Notes under the pieces: model-generated
What the model saw: the letters and a program-made list of their open reading frames with translations, nothing else
Told to the model about the DNA's origin: nothing
Databases searched by the model: none
Program-made: the position numbers and the translations under genes
Shown: in pieces, positions 12,095 through 27,999 of the stretch
How positions within the stretch are numbered: position 1 is the stretch's first letter
How the letters are laid out: the number at the start of each line of letters is the position of its first letter
DNA from: Eledone cirrhosa
Lineage: Eukaryota
NCBI GenBank assembly: GCA_964016885.1
Contig: OZ024744.1
Location: 86,428,001-86,492,000 of the forward strand
Reading direction: 5' to 3'
Length of the DNA: 64,000 nucleotides

Positions 12095-12337
12095 CTAAGT
12101 GTACAATCCATTCAATAAGGAGAGATTAGAGATTAGTTGTGAGAATTATAAGTGGGTAGGGAAGAGAGCAAGTGTGCTCAATGCGTATAATATGCTAGAC
12201 AAACATGTAGTGGACGAAACATAATAAGAGAAATATAAGCCATGAAAAAAGTATATAGGCAGAGCATAAATATGAACAAATTATAGTTTGAGAATAAACA
12301 ACGAAGAATTTGGTTGTTTATTCCCCGACTATAATAT

Positions 12338-12367
<30 letters not shown>

Positions 12368-12368
<1 letters not shown>

Positions 12369-13175
12369 AATTCATAGGGATATATGTATATATTTAGACA
12401 TAGTCACAGATACATATATGAGTGTGGCTACCTTTCACGGTGTGGCTCAATGAAAATCTTAATTAAGCAAATAATTATTAATCAGAGCTATATATAAAAT
12501 TGAAAGTTTGAAGAATAGTTAGATAAAATAAAATATATCCAATCTTTCTTCACCCTAGTCCATAGAAATCCACCAGATAAATAATCATTTAAATGGAGCT
12601 AAGTTTAAAATATAACTTCGAAGAAATAACAGATAAATGACACAGACTATCCCTCTCGAGGAACAGTCAGATAACATTTATCTCGTCTTTCTTCTTAGGC
12701 CGTAGAAATTAACTAGACAAATAATCAATTAAACGGAGCTAAATCTAAAATATAAGTTAGAAGAAAAAATGCATATAAACTTTACCAAAATTCCTCTAGT
12801 CCCGACTGTCGACAGTTTCGCTCGTATTTTGTGGATATGTCCAATCCTGGTATTATCCATAAGGCTTAGAGCTTGTCAAGAGATTTCCTCAAGTTTGGAT
12901 AAAAATTTCTAGTGATCGCCGGCAGAAATGAATTCAAAATTGTTAAGAATCACAACGTGGCTAGTGGTCAAAGTAGAGGTTATGAATGGTGTCCAGGTAG
13001 CAGGTAGGTAGGCTGCTAGAAAGAGCAGTTAGATACCGCCTAACGTTTACTCTACCGAACGGGAGTATAGAATAAATTCATAGGGAAATATGTATATATT
13101 TAGACATAGTCACAGATACATATATGTGTGTGGCTACCTATCAGAGGTATATATAAGATTGCAAGTTTGAAGAAT
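12368..13175 (-). mobile_element. Probable solo Penelope-type pLTR with partial direct repeat and hammerhead motif
   Basis: Direct repeats at 12368-12433 / 13074-13139 and 12481-12516 / 13140-13175, and a hammerhead core at 12805-12885. Confidence 0.55.
12805..12885 (-). ncRNA. Hammerhead ribozyme motif, U3-A8 variant, long stem II
   Basis: The minus strand reads TCTC-TTGACAA-GCTC-(hairpin TGGATA..CCA GGAT TGG..TATCCA)-GAGC-GAAAC-TGTC-GACA. Confidence 0.55.
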
Positions 13176-13963
13176 CTTGGTAATACTTTTAGTTGGGGAG
13201 ATCTAATAAAACCGAAACATGTCTAAAAACCACTTCAAAAAATTTTTATTAACCGATATGTTTGGTGGTGAGGGGCTTTCTTCGCACCAATATTTTTGAA
13301 TTTGTTTACATTTACAGATTGTTTCATAGTTCCAGCATGGTTTATTGTCTTACAATAGCATTACAGATACGATTACAAATCTCGGCATTTCCTCGAATAA
13401 ACTACAGCAACCACTACCATGTTAACTAAGTCACCAGCTACATAGCTACACAGCTGCATCAACTACTATCTGAATACAGTCACGTTAGCCATACCCGATC
13501 ACTAGACAAATTGTTCTGTGGAAAGCTGAGCTCTGTAACTTTCTCGAGAAGCCTCACAGTCCAGCATAATAACACCATCAAATTAATGTGAACTTACGAC
13601 TCTTTTTCAATTTGTCATTCAAAACAAGATGAGAACGTTTGCGTGAATGTCTGAGTTGATGGCGTGTAAGGTACCAGAAATATAGTCAGTACTCGACCAA
13701 AATAGTATCAAAAAAATGTTGCCAATATTATATTAACGTTGTAGCTATTTTACTTGGTCTGTTTTTACTTTGCTGTGCACCTCAAGGAAGTCGATAAAAC
13801 TGTCACACGTCCACCATTTCTCAGTTAGAGACGAACCGGAAATAGTCTGCGGCAACAATAGGTTGACTTAAAACAACAGGGTGGTGTTGTGTGGTCGATG
13901 TCTATTGTGTATGTGACTGGAATGTAATAATATGTAACTTGAAATACTGACATATTGTATGTT

Positions 13964-14074
<111 letters not shown>

Positions 14075-14413
14075 ATATGGGAAACAGGGGTAAATTGAGA
14101 GATGAAAAATACACAAACAATACAGAACATACCTATAAAGACGCATTAAATATGCAGACACACAGTCAAATACACAAGCATAATATATGCATACACACAG
14201 ACATGTATGTATGTATGTATGAATGAATGCATGTATGAATGTATATATGAATGCATGAATGTATAAATGATCGTAAGTATATATATGTATATATATATAT
14301 ATGTGTGTGTGTCTATACACACACACATATATGTAATAAATATAATATATATATATATTAAATATATAAACATACATGCATATATGAATATTATTTACAT
14401 ATATACACACACA

Positions 14414-14475
<62 letters not shown>

Positions 14476-14721
14476 CCTCTCACTCTTTCATACTCACACA
14501 TGTACACATATATTCACAACAAACCTCCTCCCCCCACATAAATACATATATATGGTAGGAAGTTTACACCAGGTAATGATCAATTCCGTCTATGTTTTAT
14601 GAAACACGCCAACAGGTGTCGCTGTGAGTCTACTATGGGTTTTTTGTGGAATATATTTATTCTTTTATCGGTATTTAGTTTGTTATAGCTATTTTTACAG
14701 TTTTTATTTATGTCGTAAATA

Positions 14722-15180
14722 GGGCGGTGGATTGGTAGAATCGGTAGAGCGTCGGACCCCATGCTTTTCAGCATAGAATTATGGCCCTTTATGATCTAAG
14801 TTCAAATCCCGCCGAGTTTAACTTTGCCTTTCATCCTTACGGGGTCGATAAAATAAAGCACCAGTCACGCACTGGGGTTGATTTAATCGACTGGTCCCTC
14901 CCCCCAAATTGCTGGGCTTGAGCCTATATAAGAAACCATTATTTATGTCGTAAACAGGGCGGTGGATTGGCAGTTTCGGTAGAGCGTCGGACACCATGCT
15001 TTGCAGTATAGAGTTACGAAGCTTTTACGGTCAGAGTTCAAATCCAGCCGAGTTTAACTTTGTCTTTTATCCTTACGGGGTCGATAAAATAAAGCACCAG
15101 TAATGTACTAGGATCAATTTAATCGATTTCGCCTCCCCCAAATTGCTGGCCATGTGCCTATAAGAGAAATCATTATTTAT
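14722..15180 (+). mobile_element. Two tandem tRNA-derived SINEs (Deu/Nin-like central domain)
   Basis: Units start at 14722 and 14957. Each has an A-box-like TGG.AG..TCGGTAGAGCG, a B-box GTTCAAATCC and the core TTTGCCTTTCATCCTTACGGGGTCGATAAAATAAAG.ACCAGT. A third decayed unit follows (~15185-15370). Confidence 0.8.
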
Positions 15181-15870
15181 GTTGTAAATGGCGTGGCATA
15201 ATACCTTGCCTTATTTTACGTTCGGAATTTCAACTCCACGGAAGCCAGCTTAACCTTTTCATATTTTCTTGAGTCGAAATATTAAAATACTACTGCTATG
15301 CTGGAGTCAATTCACTGTAATCAGCTATACAGATTATCTCACATTTTCAAGTTAGTGCTTATGTAACAAACGGAATAGTTGCTGTATTTCCTAGCTTAAT
15401 AGGAGCGCATTGTTTTTTCCAAAACATTTTACAGAAGGTTAGCATAGAGTCTTATGCACACAATTCCAGTTCATAAACTTATGTGGTGGAAAACTGAGGA
15501 CTGAGGAGGATAAACATAAATAGTTTTGTTGTTAGAGATTTTCGTGAAATTTCTTGCCAAATTGTATCATCATAATCTATAAAGCTCAGTGTGTGGTCAT
15601 GCTCCTTCGTTATAGAAATCTACGATATAGAATTTCTTCAATTGAAATTTACAATTCAGTATTCGAAATAGTTTCGATTGCGTCTTGACGCAGATAATTT
15701 TTCAATTTCACCCACAATTACGCAAAAAATAGATAAAACTCAATATTTTACGATTTTTCTCTCTCATTTAAACTGCTGAACACTTTCTACTACCATTCAA
15801 AATCTATACAACTTCATACTTTCTGCTACTTTCTCTTTCCAAGCTTGATGGTGATACTGTCCGTTCACAC

Positions 15871-16180
15871 CACTCCCTACTGTCTTAAATTTAGAAAACA
15901 CATATCCTCTATGAGGTTACTAAACCTGCTAGAAACAGCAGCTAACTCTCCCACATATCACACCCCTCCCTACTGTCTTAAATTTAGAAAACATATCTTC
16001 TATGAGGTCACTAAACCTGCTAGAAACAGCAGCTAACTCTCCCCCATATCATACTATTCCCTACTGTCTTAAATTTAGAAAACACATATCCTCTATGAGG
16101 TCACTAAACCTGCTAGAAACAGCAGCTAACTCTCCCTCATATCACAACCCTCCCTACTGTCTTAAATTTAGAAAACACAC
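15871..16180 (+). repeat. ~90-bp tandem repeat, about 3.5 copies
   Basis: CCCTACTGTCTTAAATTTAGAAAACA recurs four times and ACTAAACCTGCTAGAAACAGCAGCTAACTCTCCC three times. Confidence 0.9.
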
Positions 16181-16230
16181 AGACAACCATGCAGAACAAC
16201 TCCATCGCAGCTCTGTTGTTCGGCTGACAT

Positions 16231-16465
16231 CGTCTACGCGCGTGTTGCGCAAGTACTGTGAAACAATAAATTTCAACACTTTTTTGCACAGAGATAATAT
16301 CCATAGGCGAAACTACAATTGTCACTGCTGGCGCAGCTCATGCTTCCAGGTCTGCAATTCATTCACCCAGTGCCTGGCAGACAAAAAAGTGCTGCCATAA
16401 AATGGGTGGTGCAACCTAACTTTGGTAACTTAATGACCCCGAGCAACGCCGGGCTTTAATGCTAG
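16231..16465 (+). mobile_element. Non-autonomous Helitron-like element (3' terminus clear, 5' end tentative)
   Basis: Hairpin CCCG-AGCAACGC-CGGG (16438-16453), 8 nt before a CTAG terminus (16462-16465) followed by T. A candidate A|TC 5' end lies at 16230/16231. Confidence 0.55.
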
Positions 16466-16504
16466 TGTCCTATAAATTCATGCGTCGTAAAAGCCATCAA
16501 AATA

Positions 16505-16900
16505 TTCATTCATTATTTATTCAAAGTAATCCAATTTATTTTACTAGCGGGATAAAAAAAAAGATATTCAGGACACAATCCCGCACTCCTCCCTTTATCC
16601 GAACGTGGAAGAGCCGAACTCCCAATGTCATCGTCTGCATCCCTCTCGCCCTCCCCATCTCTCTGTGTGGTGAACAAATGGGGTCCCACGTCCTGGCCTC
16701 CCCACATCCCCGCCGGACAGAATGGAGAACCATTTCCCCGGAGGATGGTAAGAGAGATGCGCTGGAAGAGCCATTCCAACTCGCGAGGCTTACACCTGCG
16801 GCTGGCCAGCTCAGCGCCTATGGTGGTGAGTAGGGAGGTAGCCCTATGGCCAAGAACACCAGAAGTCTCCACTGCCAAGGGCACGACCGCAAACTGTCGG
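16505..16900 (-). mobile_element. CRE-like RLE LINE, 3' fragment
   Basis: PLAVETSGVLG...RELEWLFQRISLTILRGN is typical of the C-terminus of CRE-type RLE proteins and is followed by a short 3'UTR ending in AATAAATAA. Confidence 0.7.
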
Positions 16901-18176
16901 AGAGCGATGGTGTCGTTTTTGACGTTTTGAGTTCAAATCATGCCGCTATCGAATGTATATTTTTTTAAATTTACAACGCCAATAAACACAAGGCATCACT
17001 CATGTAATAAGGTAGGTATAATAAATTATATCGATCCCACTTTCTCTAACAATGTTCTGGTCGTGTATTAGATGTAAATATCATTATCATTTGTTTTGCT
17101 CTTGAATTTTCGTCTTAGGTCAGCTCTAAATTAGTATACCTGTGATCAACGAAAGATTTCCTGCTACGATCATCCCGCTTAGTCTTGATTCTTCATTCTA
17201 GACTTATTGTATAAATAAATACCTTACACACCGTCTTTCCTAGCAACAAAGTAAAGTGTCATTGGCTTGCATGTTTACTGTAGTCATTGTTTAGTGAATG
17301 GTCAGCCCTCTCTGAATAGGACCATTCGCTCCCGGAGAGTTAATTCTTTTCAGTTTGAAACCAGGTGGTCAATGGTTCTTAACATGGTCATTGTAAAGGC
17401 GTGCCGACTGTGACTACTCTGTATTTTTTCTTCATTAAATATATCTAAGATTAAAATACTCAATATGAACATATATTTTTCCAAGACTTTAAGGTAGATT
17501 TGAGGTTGATTTCACTGTTATGTCTATTGGACCGGACGACCATACAGTGGTTCCGTAATTGACTGTATTTTTCTAGTTTATAACATTGCTTCCGTTCTTT
17601 TTTCTATTTTCTTTTGTTGATGTTGCAGTCTTTGTTGGCTGTATTTCTGCTGATATTGATATGTTGTCATCTAAACCGCGACCAGATCAAATATGTTTTC
17701 CCAGTATTGAACTTCTGTTCAAACCTTGTGTATCTATTATTGCGATTGTCATTTACTCTTTTAAAAGACTTGGCTACCATTTCTAGCAGATCAGGCAAAA
17801 GCATAGTGGGTCCCTCTTTAGTATGCAGAACGACGTTCTTATCGCTTATACGGAAGCCGAAACCGGACAGCGTGATTTCAACACTAAACTGCTAATAAAA
17901 ACTATCTTCAGTTTAGTTATATGACATTCCCATCTAATGCAATGAGTAACAGCTTGTTGTGCCACTGTTGTTTTTGTTTTTCTTGTTGTTGGGGGATATT
18001 TTTGTTTTTGTTTTCTTTTTTGTCTTTCTTCTTCCTTTTGTGTCACTACACAACCACATCTGCTGGGTGATGAGTTGTACTAATAGCCGGTTTGTTGTAA
18101 CCGCGTTCGATAAGGACAGCGTTTGTGGCGCTTAGGACACAATCTAGGAGACACTGCCACATGGACAGAGAAGAGA

Positions 18177-18498
18177 TAGAGGCATAATGAGAAAGGGAAA
18201 TCAAATATAGTTTCGTAGAGTGTTGTGAAATGGAGAATCGAGGTGTTAGCGTGAATTAGACCCCGCGTGTCACCTTCACTTCAAAATATTTTTTTAAAAT
18301 CATATTCACTTAAAAATAATTTTTAAATAATTAGAATATACACAGACGTGTATATAATGTGAAATGAAACTGGAAGGCCCATATATATATACGTGTGTGT
18401 ATGTATATATATGTTCTAATTATAGAGGCATAATAAGAAAGCGTAATCAAATATAGTTTCGTAGGGAGTTGTGAAATGGAGAATCGCGGTGTTAGTGC
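18177..18498 (+). repeat. ~75-bp direct repeat pair
   Basis: TAGAGGCATAAT.AGAAAG..AATCAAATATAGTTTCGTAG.G.GTTGTGAAATGGAGAATCG.GGTGTTAG at ~18177-18253 and ~18423-18498. Confidence 0.8.
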
Positions 18499-20282
18499 GA
18501 CTAAGTGGATTGCTTGATTTGAAAAAAAAAAGAAGCAATTTATAAGAAGTTACTGGAAGTGCCAGAAATAGTAGAAGTAAAGTCTCAAATGACTTAAAAG
18601 AGATATCGAATGATGTGGACATGGCAAGGTGAGAAGGTTAGAAGTATTGATACAGTGGTCGATATAATGACCTAAAGTTTCAGCTATGCAATCCGTCAAA
18701 TGTGCAAATATCTGCACCACAAATGGTTTAGGAGGACATTTTCATGGTGTATCTTTTTATCTTGTGCTAGACTACGATGATGGTAAGAACGAATTCAATG
18801 AGAAGTAAGTAAACTGTAGATGAGTGTGCTGTATGTGGTGCAATGGCCAAAACAGCGTTTGAGGGTTGTGAGTCCACTATCATTGTAATAAATGACACAA
18901 CGATTTTACATCCATTAAAAAAAAAACCCCGCATCAGAAAGACAGACAAACAACGTGACGGAGCGAAATGGATAGTCGGTGTCCTTAGTGTGTGATTAGA
19001 GGGATAGCACCAAGAGAAAAAATAAGTTGGTGTAAGTAGCTGGTTAACGATGATCATTTGCAAGCGTGTACAATAGAACGCTCGGAATTGAGGTGTATAA
19101 ACATTTAGTATACTGTGGAAGTTCGTAACATGCAAACGATGGTGTTCGTGGCTGTGACAGATTCAGAGTGTATAGAGGCGAGAGACGATCTGTTTCATGA
19201 TACTAAATATGGGTTTTAATTGTGGTTGATATGTTTGGGTAGAAAATGTTAATGTTATGTTGCAGAAGGGCTCAATCTCTCTAATGGTTAACTCGCATTG
19301 CTACAGCAATCCCAAATCCCACCGTGTTTACAATTTAGTTGAGTTTATGAGTCAGCGGTGTTTGGCAAGTTTCAACGAATAACCGTTAAGACGTTTTCAC
19401 TTCTGGATATCGAAGCACTTTAAATTTAGTCGGCACTAGCAACATCGATTGAGTTGGATGGCCTACATCAGGTGTTCATTTAGACTTAAATCTGTCGAAG
19501 ACATTCATGTTGTAGTTGGTATTTGGTGCTTTCTTCGTTGTTAAACATAACACACCACGTTTAGTCAAGAGGTTGGAGCGGTTATGTTCAGAGTAGGGTC
19601 ACTACTACATTAGAAAGTGCCATAGCTTTAAGGATAGTGATAGTTGCCTACGAGTGGGTAGAGCTTCCGAATTTTGGTGTTGGAGAGAAAAAAGTAGATA
19701 ATTATTATGATGGAAATACAGAGCTACAGATTAAGCAAGTAGGTGTTTCAGAATATGGACAAAATAGGTCAGGATTGTATAATGTCACAGTTTGGACTGG
19801 GGTTGAAGCAATTAAGTTGCGGTAGATAGTATTGACAATTTGGGAGAGGCTTAAAATGGAGTATGAATCTACATGGGAGGTTTACCAACGTAGGCAAAAA
19901 CTGAAGAATTCGTTTTTGTCTGATGTTTTATCAGATTGTCTCACTTTTAACTAGCTGTCAGTTATGTAGCCTCTAGTCTGGATTATTATTCTTACCAGTG
20001 GCTCTGTGTGTAATGCTTGAGATTCCTGTATCCAGTGTTAAATGTATCATATAACCATCCGCTATCTGGTAATATAATTCTCGGGAATTATGGATTCACA
20101 CCACTCAAAAACTGCACAAATAATAATTTAACGACAAGAGTAACCCCTTCCACAATTTCTTTCTTTTTACTTTATTTATTTATTCTCTCTCCCTCGCTCA
20201 CTGTATATATACACACACGTATATATATATATAAATATGTGTTTTTTCGATTATTCCTGACTATATATATATATATGTGTGT

Positions 20283-20700
<418 letters not shown>

Positions 20701-20810
20701 TATATCGCTATTTCAGAGCACCAATTCTAATTTTCATATATATATACATATCTGTATGTATATACTATTCAGAGAGAGAGAGAGAGTGAAAGAGAGAGAA
20801 GAGGGAGAGA

Positions 20811-20908
<98 letters not shown>

Positions 20909-21215
20909 GAGAGATAGATAGAGATAGATAGTGAGATAGAGAGAGAGGGAGATGTCATGGACTACCTTTTTCTACTTTAAACTTATCCTACGATCATAAG
21001 TCCAAGCTGTAACATTCCCCACAAATTGTTTGTGGCCATGTGTTGTTTGATATTCTTTGCGTCTTTAATTGCAGAATCGCCATCATTTTCAAAATGTATT
21101 CCTAATTCTTCGGCAAACATCTCACTTGACTTTGTGATTGAACGTAATCTCTTCTACCTTTCATGACCTGCATCAATTTTCATCATCTGGTGTATTAAGG
21201 TATTATTTGAATTTT

Positions 21216-21399
21216 GGTGGATTGGCAGTATCAGTAGAGGGTCGGACGCCATGCTTTCTAGCATAGATTTACGGCCCTTTACGGTCCGAGTTCAAATCCC
21301 GCCGAGGTTAACTTTGCCTTTCTTCCTTACGGGGTCGATAAAATAAAGTTCCAGTAATGTACTGGGATAATTGTTGGCCTTGTGCCAATAGTAGAATCA
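21216..21399 (+). mobile_element. tRNA-derived SINE with a 14-bp TSD
   Basis: Same family as 14722. ATTATTTGAATTTT occurs at 21202-21215 and 21400-21413. Confidence 0.85.
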
Positions 21400-21413
21400 A
21401 TTATTTGAATTTT

Positions 21414-21697
21414 AGTTGATATTTAGGTTGATATTTTGGTTGATATTTTGGTTGATATTTTGTATGATAATTTGGTTGTTATTTTGGTTGATATTTTGTA
21501 TGATAATTTGGTTGTTATTTTGGTTGATATTTTGGTTGATATTTTGGTTGATATTTTGTATGATAATTTGGTTGTTATTTTGGTTGATATTTTGGTTGAT
21601 ATTTTGGTTGATATTTTGATTGATATTTTGGTTGATAATTTGTTTGATATTTTGTATGATATTTTGGTTGATATTTTAGTTGATATTTTGTATGATA
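21414..21697. repeat. 12-bp minisatellite (TTGGTTGATATT and variants)
   Basis: Tandem array directly visible, more than 20 units. Confidence 0.95.
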
Positions 21698-21840
21698 GCT
21701 CAAGCTGGATTGTTCCTCAATATTTGGTTTGCCTGTGGAGATGGAGGCGATCCGCGTCTGCTTTTGGGTGATGTAGTTTATTACAGATCAGAGGTTTCTT
21801 GACGTTAGTGTCCTATTGTTAGTATTATTATTATTAAAGC

Positions 21841-21973
21841 GGTTACGGCCCTTGCCATTCTGAGTTCAAATCCCGCCTAAGTTAACTTTGCCTTTCATCC
21901 TTACGGGGTCGATAAAATAAAGTACCAGTAATGCACTGAGATAATTGCTGGCCTTGTGCCAAAAGTAGAAACA
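21841..21973 (+). mobile_element. 5'-truncated tRNA-derived SINE with TSD
   Basis: B-box and core present, flanked on both sides by ATTATTATTATTAAAGC. Confidence 0.8.
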
Positions 21974-22099
21974 ATTATTATTATTAAAGCAATGAACTGG
22001 GTTTTTATTGACGAAAATAACACTTTGTTTCATACAGTTTGACTATGAAAAAGATAAGATTTAGTGTAACCATAACCAACGCCATTACAACTGCTAGTA

Positions 22100-24700
<2,601 letters not shown>

Positions 24701-24797
24701 TGTGTATCTGTGAGTGTGTTTTTATGTGTGTATGTATGTATGTATGTATGTATTCATACATACGTACATAATGCATATTTATGTTTTCTTCTACAGG

Positions 24798-24863
24798 TTA
24801 GGGTTAGGGTTAGGGTTAGGGTCAATTTAAAAACATTTAAATTGACCCTAACCCTAACCCTAA
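24798..24863. repeat. Palindrome of telomere-type repeats, (TTAGGG)4 ... (CCCTAA)3
   Basis: Perfect 28-bp arms at 24804-24831 and 24836-24863 around the loop AACA. Confidence 0.95.
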
Positions 24864-26599
24864 TTCACCCGACATCTTAAAAAATATGTCTTTCATTAAA
24901 CTTCTATATCGGTTTGACAAAATTTTCTTTGTTTTTCTATAGCTTAACGAAGTAAAAGTTTGAAAATGTTTATATTAGTCTAATAACAGGGCATGTAAGC
25001 CTCCATAACGGAAACCCATTTATTTCCATTATGGGGTCACATATGTCTTGTTATTAGTATATTTACTACGGTGAAAATAAAGTTAAAATTTATAATTCTA
25101 TTTTCACAAGTTTCACTCAACGCCGTATTTTAAAACACACCTGCTGATAGTATTTCATAAAATAAGATAAAGCTTCATAACCCGCTTAGTGCTACACATT
25201 TTACAGTTCATGATAAATGTATTGTTTCATTTGTAATTGAGTAACTGAGAGAAACTTAAGTAATTGAATATTCCACAGATATAGTTTGCTTATGTTAACA
25301 TCTTATTCGAAATTTGCACACAAAGGAATGGTTAGCAGTTGTACATCTTATATTCATGCATATTTTATAGAGAAACTTAATTGAATTCAATGTTTAGTAG
25401 TTATCTTTGTGTAGTATGCATGGATGATGTCTAGTGAGTTGTTTTAGTTGACAGAAAAAAAAAATGAAACAAATGTTTGTACATTGAATAGATAAGAAGT
25501 TATTTTGTGCGCCTTGACACATCAAGTAGGCTGCTCTCGATGAAAGGTGTATTTGTAATCTCCTTGACCATCCTCCGGGGAAACGCACGTAGGGCCCCAT
25601 TTGCTCAACATAGAGAGAGATGGGGAGGGCGAGAGAGATGGAGGCGATGATAGTTTAAATATATTATCATTCGGACTGTCATAATAGTAAAAAATTGTCT
25701 TCCACCAGTGAAGAGTTTAGAGTTATGGAACAGTTCTCAGCACGGGACAGTTGCGTCTGGTAAGTGTGAATTGAAGTTCTTACTTTTAGTAGAAGCGTGC
25801 ATGATAATGATGATTTGTATTGTTTGTAGATAATTGCGGTAGTTAACCAATGTGTACATTTGTGGAAAGCGAAAGAGATTTTCCTCGATCACACCACTAG
25901 CGTTATAGAAGAAGAACGAAATCTCCCGCTACATTTATATATTATTTTATTTATTAATTAGCATTTCACGGCGGAAAGACTTACATTAAACTTTTGTTAT
26001 AGTCAAAAGATATGAACAACAATCAAAGAGAAATTGTGTACGCTGAGAAAGTGTAACTTGCCTTATAGAAGTAGATAGCTGCTATTTCTTGTCAATGACT
26101 ACATCTTGTTAGTGGCTTGATGGGTAGACATAAGCGTCTCCAGGCGGAGCTGCCCGTCTATATCGCGTTCCAGGACAGCTTATTTATCGAAAGTTAGTTA
26201 TTTTTTATAGCAAAGGTCGATGACCTGCCGCTGCGTTCTATCATACGAATCCCTGCCAGTGAGAGGAAACGCTGGAACATTTCTTTTGCTTCAAATTTTC
26301 AGTAAATTTATAGAATATCCTAAGTTTTAGTGGGGAAAATATATTTTCCTGTTTTTTTGTTTTTTTTGTATTTTTTCGTGTGCTATCAGCTAATCTAACC
26401 TCGACGATGCTTGCAATTGCATTTTTTCCCCAGGAAAATGGAAATGTTGGGATGGGTGAATCCCCGTCCGGAGTTGTCTCTACGCTGTTTTATTTCGCAT
26501 CTTATCAACGAATATGACCTTCGATTTAATCGAAAACGACTAGCTTTGAAAAAAAGGAAGGGGAAAAGGGACGGAAAGACCAATGGAGTTTTGCGCTTG

Positions 26600-26842
26600 G
26601 TAGGAAATAATAATTTTTCTTCGTTTTCTTCGTATGCTATCAACTAATCAGACCTCCAAGATGGTCGCAATCGATTTTTTCTCCGGAAGTCAGGAACTCT
26701 AACCGTATACCTAACCATAAGCATAGCCCTAAAATTATCACGAACCCTAACCCTAACACTAACTCGAGGAAAATGTCGATTGTGATTATCTTAGAGATCA
26801 GATTGATAGCACAATAAAAAGCGGAGGAATAAATGTTTCTCC
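26600..26842. mobile_element. MITE-like element with imperfect TIRs and internal CCCTAA-like repeats
   Basis: TGCTATCAA..AAGATGGTCGCAATCGATTTT versus AAAATGTCGATTGTGATTATCTT..TTGATAGCA. A second left-arm-like copy lies at ~26330-26435. Confidence 0.55.
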
Positions 26843-26899
26843 AATACCGTAGTTTTTGTGTTGCCTGCCATTTATATTGTGGTTGGTTTTCTGTGATGG

Positions 26900-27130
26900 A
26901 AATTCATATGGTCCACCGAAGAGGTTCCAGTTGATTGATCAACAGAAGATCATGTTCGAAAAATTAACGCGTAGGTAGCTGAAGTTTCCACAAACACGTC
27001 TATCCGTAACATAGTTCTCAGAGAGATTCAGCGAGACATACGGTGTGGTATGACTACCGCTTTGTACTACTGGTTAAAACTGATTTTCGACATTGAGTTA
27101 AATATAAGTAGACGAATTAGAGTGGTATGT
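26900..27130. mobile_element. Diverged SINE-like dispersed repeat
   Basis: Resembles, from recall only, an abundant octopus repeat (AATTAACG.G.A.GT.GCTGAG...TAGTTCTC..GAGATTCAGCG.GACA). Not verified. Confidence 0.35.
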
Positions 27131-27364
27131 GCAAAAAAAACCGCAACACACAACCCGGAATCTAACACTAACCAATAAGCCATGCACCTTCAAAGGTGAT
27201 TGATAAGTTTATGCCTTGAGATAGTTTAATTCTTTTCAGAAATATATTTTGATTAAAAAACGTTGACCCACAACGTATGAATTTATGAATATTGGAAATT
27301 AAAGTTATACATCGCTGGAGAAAACTACTATATGCCGCTCACCGCTATTATTTTGATTTGTTTA

Positions 27365-27551
27365 GGTGGATTGGCAGTATCGGTAGAGGATCGGACACCA
27401 TACTTTGCGGCATAGAGTTACGTCCTTTGCGTTCTGAGTTCAAATCCCACCGGTTAACTTTGCCTTTCATCCTTACGGGGGCCGATCAAATAAAGTACCA
27501 GTAATGCACTGGGTTAATTACTGGCCTTGGGCAAAAAGTAGAAACAATTAA
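27365..27551 (+). mobile_element. tRNA-derived SINE with a 13-bp TSD
   Basis: Same family as 14722. TTTGATTTGTTTA occurs at 27352-27364 and 27552-27564. Confidence 0.85.
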
Positions 27552-27641
27552 TTTGATTTGTTTACTTAAATACATAATGTTTATTTATGGTAATTATGTG
27601 TCCTGATTTAGATACATACGTTGTGTTTTCAAATAGCTAGT

Positions 27642-27750
27642 AATCCCGCCGAGGTTGACTTTGCCTTTCATCCTTACGGGGTCGATAAAATAAAGTACCA
27701 GTAATGCACTGGGTAATTGCTGGCCTTGTGCCTAAAGTAGAAACAATTAT
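27642..27750 (+). mobile_element. 5'-truncated tRNA-derived SINE
   Basis: AATCCCGCCGAGGTTGACTTTGCCTTTCATCCTTACGGGGTCGATAAAATAAAGTACCAG...GTAGAAACAATTATT. Confidence 0.8.
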
Positions 27751-27999
27751 TGGAAGTACATGATAGGAATTCTCTGAACTGGATGTATATTGCTATAGAA
27801 ATTAACCGGATCCATAATTATAAGGTATAAATAGCCACGGTATCTGGAAACTTCAAAATCTGTAAAACAATTGAAAGGATGACGATTCAAAGGTGACGAA
27901 AATCTACTTTTCTTTACAACCATGCCACCAGGAAGGTGCCTGCTGTAAAATAAACTCAAAATTAAGAGAAAGAGACAAAATAAATATATACTATTTTCA

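Noticed and set aside
15871-16180. Repeat array superficially resembling CRISPR
   Set aside because: The intervening sequences are themselves repeated (no unique spacers), there are no cas genes, and the context is eukaryotic.
18560-19900. Possible very old LINE remnant on the minus strand
   Set aside because: Only vague similarity to RT motifs, so it could not be supported by eye.
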